Positions 37,401-47,017 of a stretch of DNA of 64,000 nt are shown in pieces. Every line of letters begins with the position of its first letter. Positions within the stretch are counted from its first letter, which is position 1. The position numbers were made by a program, and so were the translations under genes. A model generated the notes under the pieces. The model was not told the origin of the DNA. It saw nothing but the letters and a program-made list of their open reading frames with translations, and did not search any database. Source of the DNA: Tubiluchus corallicola (taxonomy: Eukaryota; Animalia; Priapulida); the NCBI GenBank assembly GCA_030141605.1, contig JAQGDQ010000255.1, positions 243,746 through 307,745 on the forward strand, given 5' to 3'.

Positions 37401-40400
37401 ATACAGTAAAAAAGCTTTTGCTGCAATGCGAATATGTGATGCAGCAGTATTCCCTCTTTTCTCTATGCAACAATTACAATACAGATCTGATTACAACAAA
37501 ATGAATGTCACTTCAGTTAAACAGTACACATAGGAATCACGGATGAATGAATTTTAATATATCTATACGATTTTAAGATTATTTATATAATAGAGGTAGC
37601 AAGCTCATAGGCCGGCAAGTAAACCTACGCTTTCTCGCTTATGTTCTTCGACTTTTAATTGTCGTTTTAGCTCTTCACATTCATCTTTTGCGCCCTCTAA
37701 CTCCTCCTTCTGCTGCCTCATTTTCTTTTTAATAACATCTACCACACTTGTGCCTGACATTTTGATGCGGAATGCTGTTATCACAGAAAAAGTAAAAAAC
37801 ACCAACACCTCAAATCACTTCTATCAAAATGGTGATGGCCGAAGAACGTAATATTAGAAAATAGTTCACAGAGAAAATTATTTCCATTTTTCATTCGCTA
37901 ATCCGATTTTAAGCAGTGAATTTAGCACTACCGTTTAGCGTGCACAGTACATTATTCAGCTGTTAAAGTTTGTTGCCAAAAAACGTCAAGGTTTAGTTTT
38001 TTATCATTTTTCATATTCATTCGCAGCGTGATACGGTCAGGGTGGGTTTGCTATTTCCTATTCAGGAAGTGTTGGCAGCAGCCGCGGCAGATCTAAACGA
38101 ACATTTTCCCACGCATTACTGATTTTGCCGGCCGGCTGTAGCATGATGTAAAATTATATAAGTAGACTTTATAGCTTGCCTACTTTTAGTGTTCGCGAAA
38201 ATGTCAAGCAAAATATTTAAAAAACTCCCGAAAATGTCATGGTGGTAGTACACAATTTAGTCTAATTAACTCAATTTAGCTGGAGTCAGTCCGTTTTCTC
38301 AGACGGAAATGACTCATCAATGAATGACTCACTGCGCGCAAACCCCAGTACCCCGCAGTTCTCGCATGGGTTTCTTTTTCTGGTAAACGATCCCGTGCAA
38401 GGCATAATTTCTTAGCGTTTAGAGGCAGTGAATGCCCTTATCTTTTAAGGCCTCAGAGGGACCTAATTTAGTCTAGCAGTTTTAAAATCCCTATTATGAA
38501 CACATAATTTTACACCATATAACCACCTTGTACACCACGAGCACCTACTGTATAATTACACCAAATTAGTCAAATTTCAAGTCACTCTTTAATTAGGTTA
38601 CCCACGAAGAAAAATCTCAATTTCAGTAATCGAGTATTTTAAACACAGTACAATTTGTTCCCTAGGATACTTACATCAGCAGCCTGCTTGTCTTTCTCTT
38701 CGAGTTTGTTATTTGCCTGTGATAATTCCTCCTGAGCAGCATCCAACTCGTTCTCCACCTGTGTCATCTTCTTCTGGAGAGCCTTCACTTCCTCTTCAGC
38801 CTGTCAAAAATAAGTTAAAAACTTCAAAAGTCTTGTAGTTTCATATATCCAGCTGTATTGCCATATAAAGCACGACAATAAATTAAAATGGGAACAGGTC
38901 TACAAAAGATATAATATTACACCTAAAGTACAATTCAGCTTACATTGCAGATATTATTAATTCAAACATTAATAGTTATTGAGGGATACACTTGTCTGTT
39001 TCTTATTAAATTTTAAATCCTATTTGTATCAGGTTCAAATAAATTATAGAAATTTCTCTCGAATAATCATAAATAACAATAAAGATTTTAAAAAATTATG
39101 CCGCCTTTGATTACTGATTTAGTAATTTTTATAAAAATAATAATTATTCTTATTTAAGCCTTAACTGCTTTTACTCTTTCTTAGCTTTACTGATTTTAAC
39201 AAAAGCTAGTAATAGGTGGCGCGGAGAGCTTGACCGGTATTGCAAACTACATCGCGGCATAGTCACTGCATGATTATGTCAAATTCTGAGATCACCACCA
39301 AAGCGATTCTGAATAACTAATGACTCTGATCTGGTTTCAAGTTTCGGAGAGAACCTGTTTCTGTATTAAAGCTTTTCAGATACAATGTTACAATTAACAA
39401 AATGTACCATCTTCTAAAATGGTGATGACTTCTACAGAATGAAATGTTAAAAAATGCAAAGGCTATTTGTTGTAAAACGGAAAACTTTATGTTTCATTCG
39501 TGTAATTTCTGTTTCATAAATGTGTGTCTCTAGAAATAATTCAGGACGTTGAAATACCAGTGCAGCTCTTTTTCTTAAGTTTTACTATTTTTTAAACAGA
39601 TTTTGTTTTCATAACTCTTGATGTACAGAAAAAAACCTGATTGACATACCTCATAAGAATGAGTTGGTATTCTAATACAACTGAGAGGCATATAAGATTA
39701 GATATCTGTGTTTTAACAGTGAAAGTGCTTCAACTGTAATCTAGTGATACAAATAGTAAACTAACATTTACTAGATCGATTTGTAGCCTTTATAAACTCC
39801 TGTGCTATATGAAAAATAGTTTATTTTGGTCAAGATTAAAAAGTAAGTTACAACGTAATTAAGTATTAATTTTAAAGTCAATGTTAAATTCATTAATATT
39901 GACTAGAAGAAAGTTTGAACTATGCTAGTTAAGTAAACTTTCGTTAAATTTTACTAATTTGTCGGTGAAATGCAAGCGCAGGTAGTTTTGTTAAGTTAAG
40001 CGCCGTTTTGGGCTAATGATCTTTCCTGTCAGCATTTAAGATCGCTATTATCGCGATTATACGTAAATTAGAATATTAGCTAACAGCGAGGGACTTTAAT
40101 AGCCTTTTATACAGTTGTCATACATGTGTCAATTACTTATTATCCGAGCAAAAATTAATAAAAGGTGTGTTAAGCAGGAAAATAATTTCATTTGACACAA
40201 ATCGGAAAAATGTTACATTTCCACAAAAACGTATGGCAAAATTATTTTATTTCCATACCCACTATTAAATATTGACAAAGAACGGCCCGTCAATGAACTG
40301 TGGAAGTGCACATATTCTAAAACTCGCTGGTTGACAGTGGGATGTACCCTCAATAAATTTTCCCGTATTTTTATTTTCCATTATTTTTATATATTTTCTA

Positions 40401-41920
40401 TTATTTTCCCCTATTTTTATATTCCCTTATTTTTCAGCATACTCTTGTTTTTATTCTTGTTTCATGGACTTAAATGTCTGAAATAAAATGGATAAAATTC
40501 TTGAAGCAAATGGAGAGAAAAACAAGAAAAAATCGGGACTAAGTGTAAATTTGCACCAGGGGCTTTTTGCCTGAAAGGCCAACGCATAATTAACGTTACA
40601 GTTAATTAAATTGTTGAAAGGTTAATGCTAAACGGATTATTTTCATGTCAAATGTTACATTTCAACAACATCCGCGTTGGTCTATGAATGACGTCATAAG
40701 TGTAGTCGCCACCATGCCAGGGATATTATTTCAGGAATGGTTGGCTTACATTTCAGCCAGCAGCTGCCAGATTCTTAGTACTGGGCGAAAGACTAGTCTA
40801 CTGCATTCCGACATGCGGATTTATTAGGGGAGGTATCAGTGAAACCCAAACTATTTCAACTTGACTTTATTTATCTGTAATAGATTTAGGCGACATCATA
40901 GTACCAGAAGCTTCTGTAGCAGTGTCGCTAAAGTTTCTAAAGTTTTTAAAACTAGGTCATCGTTTTACATGCTTACGGAACGGCTTCTGGGTTTTTCTCT
41001 TGTGCACGCCCTTTGCTTTTCCGCCGTGCGCTTGGCCTCTTGACTTATAAAAATAGCACCAGATCGTGTGCTTCGCAAGCCTCCCGCATATGGGTACACT
41101 AATGCCATCTTCTCGAAGACTGAATGGTTTTCGGTCTTATGAACTGCCTGAACTGAGCCAACACTGTGTATTATAAATAATACCGTTTTATTCTATTGTT
41201 TATAGAATTGTCCGCACCTTTATTGTAATGTCTATGCTGCTGTCCGAGAAAATTTTGTTAGCTTTCATGTTTAAGCTTTAGTAATATTAAAATTTAAACT
41301 ATTACACACATACTGGCCATTATCTTGTTAAATGAGAAATCTTGGCAAAACTAGCAAAAGGTTTCAAATCGGGAAATATTAGCTAATGGCAGTAGATGGC
41401 GATACTGACGGTTCTAAACCCTACCATTAATATTGCATTATTTATAGTGAATTTAGTGAAGCCATTTTGAAAGTTCATTGATAAGGAAACAGCAGCTATT
41501 GTTGTTCTAAACAATGTTATTTTCGTTGTTATATTAGCTACTTTCTGCTTAGTAAAATTTAAAAAAGTTACTTTGGCCTATGCTCTAGTTAGCTTTACGA
41601 TCTCATTTTTTGTCTTCTCGGCGTATTAAATAAAATGCACAAAACATGCGTTATGATTAACTGGTGTTTTCTGAAAAAAGTCAGCCTTTGTGATGCATCT
41701 AATTGCGATAAATAGCTAAGTGATATAGAAATGGGAACTGTAATGAGCGAATGTAAGAAAAATGCCATTTCTAATGTTGAAATTTTGTGGAAATGACGTA
41801 AGATACCTGTAAGGCTCTCTTCTCTGCCTCCTTCTTGGCAGCATCGCAGTCGTCTGCCCTGTCCAAGGCATTCTCCCTCTCAAGCTTCATAGCTTGTAAC
41901 TTCTTCTTAATGGCTTCCAT
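25406..41920 (-). CDS. TPM: tropomyosin, complete alternatively spliced gene (284-aa long and 248-aa short isoforms)
   Basis: Canonical exon sizes 114/126/(132)/134/118/71/76/63/70/83 nt. 1a+2+3...9 = 855 nt (284 aa + stop); 1b+3...9 = 747 nt (248 aa + stop). Motifs [55 protein letters not shown]. Confidence 0.98.
27125..27207 (-). CDS. TPM: tropomyosin proximal terminal exon 9 (cytoskeletal-type C-terminus)
   Basis: TTCAG| acceptor, phase 1, 83 nt: [27 protein letters not shown]. Resembles the arthropod non-muscle ending MEATLHDIQNM. Confidence 0.92.
28057..28156. mobile_element. short MITE-like inverted-repeat element
   Basis: TIRs GGGCAGTTTCACAAAG...CTTTGTGAAACTAGCCC, 100 bp, partly palindromic interior. 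Confidence 0.6.
28659..28728 (-). CDS. TPM: tropomyosin exon 8
   Basis: 70 nt, [26 protein letters not shown]|...G|GTAAG. Confidence 0.97.
29010..29072 (-). CDS. TPM: tropomyosin exon 7
   Basis: 63 nt, [24 protein letters not shown]|...|GTAAGC. Confidence 0.97.
29314..29389 (-). CDS. TPM: tropomyosin exon 6
   Basis: 76 nt, [25 protein letters not shown]. Confidence 0.97.
31096..31166 (-). CDS. TPM: tropomyosin alternative exon 5b
   Basis: 71 nt, [26 protein letters not shown]|...|GTGAGT. Confidence 0.92.
31226..31296 (-). CDS. TPM: tropomyosin alternative exon 5a
   Basis: 71 nt, [26 protein letters not shown]|...|GTAAGT. Confidence 0.95.
33813..33930 (-). CDS. TPM: tropomyosin alternative exon 4e
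   Basis: 118 nt, [42 protein letters not shown]| acceptor, |GTTAGC donor. Not shown on the minus strand in the ORF track. Confidence 0.92.
34232..34349 (-). CDS. TPM: tropomyosin alternative exon 4d
   Basis: 118 nt, [42 protein letters not shown]|...|GTGATC. Confidence 0.92.
34732..34849 (-). CDS. TPM: tropomyosin alternative exon 4c
   Basis: 118 nt, [42 protein letters not shown]|...|GTGACA. Confidence 0.92.
35066..35183 (-). CDS. TPM: tropomyosin alternative exon 4b
   Basis: 118 nt, [42 protein letters not shown]|...|GTACTC. Confidence 0.9.
35274..35391 (-). CDS. TPM: tropomyosin alternative exon 4a
   Basis: 118 nt, [42 protein letters not shown]|...|GTATGC. Confidence 0.9.
36515..36648 (-). 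CDS. TPM: tropomyosin exon 3
   Basis: 134 nt, [44 protein letters not shown](R). Confidence 0.97.
37629..37760 (-). CDS. TPM: tropomyosin exon 1b (start of short cytoskeletal isoforms)
   Basis: 132 nt/44 aa, [44 protein letters not shown]. Matches the DVLKKKMRQ motif of fly/nematode short isoforms; phase-0 donor joins exon 3. Confidence 0.93.
38304..38331. promoter_or_regulatory. ETS/AP-1 composite plus second AP-1 site upstream of exon 1b
   Basis: CGGAAATGACTCA (38304-38316) and TGACTCA (38325-38331) in a CpG-richer stretch. Motif match only. Confidence 0.4.
38675..38800 (-). CDS. TPM: tropomyosin exon 2
   Basis: 126 nt, [45 protein letters not shown]|...|GTAAGT. Confidence 0.96.
41807..41920 (-). 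CDS. TPM: tropomyosin exon 1a (start of long isoforms)
   Basis: 114 nt, [38 protein letters not shown], |GTATCT donor. Confidence 0.97.
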
Positions 41921-42075
41921 TGTCGAAGAGGTTCTCTCAAGTCAAAACTTCACACAAAAGAGAGGAATGCACTGTGCGGCTGGTGTGCACTAAGGGAGCA
42001 CTGCGACTGTGTGTGCCGCTGGAGGTTCCTTCTTTACTCCTGGTGTGGCTTCTCGCAGACGGCTGACAGAATCCG

Positions 42076-42339
42076 CCAATCAGGAACGCGCTCAGCTTCC
42101 CAAGCAGCTATAATTAGAAGCGTAGGTGTGAGCTGCAGTAAGATTTAGTATATTGATAGTACGTCAGGGTCCCTTCGCCATCTCGCTCCTGTATACCCTG
42201 AACGATATTGGGACGCATACCTGGAGCACAGTGGTCTCCGAAGATCTTTGAAATTTGTTATTATGTCTTTTGAGTATAGAAAGAGAATCTGGGAAGAGAA
42301 TTGCTTTCTGTAATGAAATACCGCCCCTCCCAAATATGG
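42076..42339 (-). promoter_or_regulatory. muscle-type promoter of tropomyosin exon 1a
   Basis: CCAAT 42076-42080; MEF2 consensus CTATAATTAG 42108-42117; T-box half-site AGGTGTGA 42124-42131; GC box CCGCCCC 42321-42327; CArG box CCAAATATGG 42330-42339. Confidence 0.6.
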
Positions 42340-45199
42340 CTGTGCTTGTTTACCAATGTCCCATCGACAGAGTGCTTGTAAGATCTTCTGCAATGCTGTA
42401 GGCTGTGCGCTAATACGTATGACGCGCTTACTAATAATAAGATACCCAGAAATGTGTTTGCAATGTGACGCGTTTACATGGAAAACATTTTACCCATTTG
42501 ACTTGGAACTGCAGGCTCACATAAACCTTTGAAATTCACAGCATGGGACAAATGACACCATTTATAAAACTGACCACAATGTACGATGTGTCTGAGAAAT
42601 TTTGCTTTATAATTTTTTAATTTTTTTAACAAGCGGAGTAAAATGCTTGAAAACTGGTACAGATAAATTAAAAACTTTGTTCAAATTAAACGAAAATGTG
42701 AAAAGAACTACTGCACTAGCAGGCTTAGCTATTTTGCTATCTTCTTAAAGCACTTGTATTAATGATTAACACATGTATTTCCAATATCAGCAAACATTTC
42801 CAGTTAAATGTTTGCACAACAATCTCTATTTATTATTTCGAGTTCACAGAGGACGATTGAAGGTGTCCTATAATCTTTTCGTATAACTTTTAGCCTGGCT
42901 GCAAAAATGCAGGATGCCCCAAACTTTCAAAGGAAAAATTCTCTTGGATCAGTCCAGTGGCAAACTATCTTGCTTTGACAAAGTCTCTCACAGCTCGCGA
43001 GTTGTGAGGAACGGCTTTATTTTTTTCCAAAACTACATTGTTAACAGTCAAAATATAGCGTGGTCCACATACTGTTTTGAAACGTCAAAGATGTGTCAGT
43101 AGATGAAAATTAATATGAGAAATTTAAGTGCATAGTGAAATTTGACATAAACTATACATAAAGGGATTTGTCATTGATCTCATAATAAGTAAGAAAGAGG
43201 AGAATTGCTGCCTGGTCGATGTATAGGTTTGCTAGACTTGGTTGGCAAGAGAATGGTTGACCACAAGGAAGATGGCTTCTGGGAAGGTCGCAGTATTGGT
43301 TTCATCTGTCGTACTGTTCGTGACTGTTTACTTTGTTGGGTATTGCGTGCCGGACTGTACAAAAAATGTGTTCAAGATTGAAATGCAGTGTTCTCCCTGG
43401 TGAATACTGTGCAGTGAAAATATGCTAATACGCAGACATTGAAATGTAAAAAAAAACAAGATATATTATAGCAAATAAAAGTGGCGTTAGCAAATATAAC
43501 ATTATAATATTTTTACGTGGCTGTGACGTCATAATGCAGAAGTCCAGGTTCGTTTTGGACAAAAGATTATTATTCAAAGCTTTCCAACCTGATAAACTTT
43601 GATTACTCATCTTAACGATGCAGATTTTCATTAGTTAGTGCATTATAATCGTTTATTAATTTACTTAGTACTCAATCACAGTTAATATCGATTTGATGAG
43701 AGCATTTCAACAAATATTTTTCTGCATTGTTCTTAAGAAACACCCTGTACAACACTGCATTGTTAGTTGTAAAGTGCATAAATGATTATTTGTTCAAAAT
43801 ATAGATGCATAAACGCATAAAAAGTAACCGTGGTTCCAGTAAGATACGTCTCTTATTTTAATAACACCCGACTATGATTTAACGAATTTTGATTAATTAT
43901 TTTCTCAGATGCAACACGTGCAACTTCATTAATTTTCCGCACCTTGCACGATTACAAAAATATGTTTCTGGGTTCAATCAGTTTAATATCTATTTATTGA
44001 TCTTTTCCGCTGGATGACATAACAAACTAGGCAGCCTATCGACTGTATGGCATTAATAGAGCAGGAGAAGAAAAAAAATCCTGTACACTTGGCTTCGGCG
44101 GGAAGCCACAGAGCCACGCGACTCGTTCACGATCGCGTTACCAGCATCGCTAAACTTAGCATTTGGAGTACAGAGCTCATAAATAGAAGGTTTGGTCGGA
44201 GTAGAACACATGTTATATACGTCTTTGAACAGGGACCGTATAGCAAGCAGAACGAATGCCTCATGTTCTCACGAAGTCTCAGTGGACCCCTTACTTTCGT
44301 TAAAAATAAAATTAATGAATTAAAAATTGCCAGTTAGTAGTTATTCTGTGGTTCTACCACTAGGTGTGGCCATTTAAAACTTCGTGAACATTCTTGTCTT
44401 GGGACACGTTTCTCAATTACTATCAAAGAGTTTTCTTCTAAACATAATTTATTCAGACGACTCGCTAATTTTTGCAAGCATATAGAGCTACAATGGAAAT
44501 CCGAATTAAATTTAAAATTTTCACAATTTCCCGCTCAGTTTGGGCGTTTTTATAGCAGACTAAGCGCAGCCACTCAATGCGCGTCGAATTTGCAACGATC
44601 AAATAAAATAAAATCAAATTTTATCTAATGTCTGGTTTGACATGAACCTAAAAACATAAAAAGCATGTCTCCTAAGAGATATTAAGCCGACTCATGTAGC
44701 AAAACTAATATTAAATAGTGCTTAAGTGATAAAAAAGCTTTACAAGTATACAGCTATTATAACAAAATAAGTTGGACCGTATAGCATATAAAATCATATA
44801 TAAAATGCTAACTTAAATGCTACGATCAACATAATGGATGCCTGTAATTAATCAAATTAAAATCACCTTTCCCAAGGAGCTTACAGTTTAAAAGTAACAA
44901 TGCAATAAGAACTATAAAACTATCCATTTCTGCGCCATGCGGTATATTAATTTATTTCACGTTCGTCATCTTTTCGATAACATCGTTTAAGACCAAACAT
45001 CAAGACGAAGCCGAGATCACTTATCTAGGTGCTCAGTGGTTACATTTGCTAGTAAAGTTGTTCTGTAATTATTAATACCTGGAAAAGTTGCAATAAGCGA
45101 AAAATGTCAGTTTAACTACAATTACTACATGTAGATAAGTTTGAGTTTAATTGATGAAATCCTCTTACAAGTTTCTAGGGTTTGTATGCGCTCAAAATC

Positions 45200-45348
45200 G
45201 TCACTCACATGTGTTTCCAGGGCACGCCCGTCTTTCTATGTGCTCAAAATGCCCTAAATTTAAATTCAAATTTTGACTTTGAATTTGAATTTAGGGCATT
45301 TCGAGCACATCGAAAGACGGGCGTGCCCTGGAAACACACGTGAGTGAC
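45200..45348. repeat. 149-bp near-perfect inverted repeat (71-bp arms, 7-nt loop)
   Basis: Arms 45200-45270 and 45278-45348 are reverse complements with 4 mismatches. Confidence 0.95.
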
Positions 45349-47017
45349 AGTTCTGTGCTAAACTGGGTATAAGAACCACGTTTAAAATTAAAATTAGACG
45401 GTTTACTATGCCACCCCAGACTCGCGTGACAGTTAATTTTTGCTCACAGACAAAAAACTAAATAAACACCGAAATCGAGCCAAAAAGACTGTTTATTTTA
45501 TAAGTCAACGTTTTATTTCATGCTGTGCTGATTGTATTTACAAAACACCAATTCAAAAAATCAATTCGCTACAATCGTCTTTTGAAAACAAAATAATTAC
45601 GGAGCTGAATATTTTTCGTAATTTATTATTTTTGTTCGCAAAAGTCTTTAAGTAGCTTATGTGGGACGTAAATGTACGTTTTTGCTATATTTAATTTTCT
45701 TCCATGTTTCTAAACATTCTTTCAATTTTGTCACACGAGTGTGACATGGCTATTTAGCTATTGTTGGTACATTTTTTGTGTTTTTTGTCAAACTTCTCTA
45801 AAACCTTAATATAAAGCAGTAGCAGGCACAAAAACCACTGTTAACTAAAAAGTTGCCAAAAGTTTGCACCACTTTGTTGTTTATCTGTGTTATGGTGATT
45901 TTAGTCGAAAATGTGTCATAATGTAGTGTACCGTAGCTATCACAATTAAATTATAATGGCATTTGTAGAAATAAATGCATTTTAGCAATTCGAGAAATTT
46001 GGTTTAAATACGTACACGAGATATCTTTTTTGCGTTTTACACTTTATCTGTTAACATGATACTGATTTTCCTACAACTACCACATTATTGTCGCCACCCT
46101 ATTGCTATATGTATACATAAACATAATTTACACATCCAGTGCACATATATACAGATTAATATAAACAACATACAGGTCTCTTATAATTGTAAACTGATGA
46201 CAGTTATACAAAATGCGTATTTTACAATGTTTGCTAAATTTCAATCAATTTATTGTTTAGGCCTCCCTGTAAGATCACTTGGATATATTAGATTACAAAT
46301 CTATACTAGTTTACAATCTAACAATAATAAGAAAGTTTCGTTTAAGGCTTGTTCACATATACGTGTCAGCGACGGAGTAATACGTTGCACCCATTTATCT
46401 CAATAGTTTTGCATCACTTTGTTCATATGGGGCTGACTTTAGTCAAAAGTGTGTCATAATGAGGAGTGCCATAATTAGCATTATAAAGCTGTAACAGTAT
46501 TAGAGTCGTATATGTAGAAATCATGTATTCTTGCAACACTTTAAGCAAGTGCCATGTTTCTCTAACATCTCAGTTAACGCTTAAGACATACAAATAATAT
46601 TTTACAAAATCAATTGAATGCATTTTTTGCAACGCACTTTACACGCCATGTTCCTGCGCAAACCACAGCACTAATGACAAGAAACCACAGTGAAAATAAA
46701 TTTTATAAAAAATGAAAGACTTGCTTGAGCACAACCATACTAAGTTGCATTTATAAACGTAGGACTGATAATATTAATAAACAATAAACTTCATTGTAGG
46801 AACTCCTCCCTTTTAAACTTTTTGCAGTAGCAGAACGCAAGAATTAAAATTTTAATGGCCTATTATAAAAATAGCTACGCTATTCGTTTCTTCGCTTTTC
46901 CAGAAAAAGCTAATCAATATCTAAAGTAGTAAACCTAAGGTAATTCTAACGTTATAGCAAAATTTTGAGAAGTAAAAACTGTGGTAGAAGGGGTTAAACT
47001 AAACGACTAGGCCACTT

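Noticed and set aside
41389-41401. CTCF-like motifs (also ~1828, ~39211, ~49059, 59087-59099)
   Set aside because: Partial matches only, not placed at gene boundaries; a PWM scan with background would be needed.
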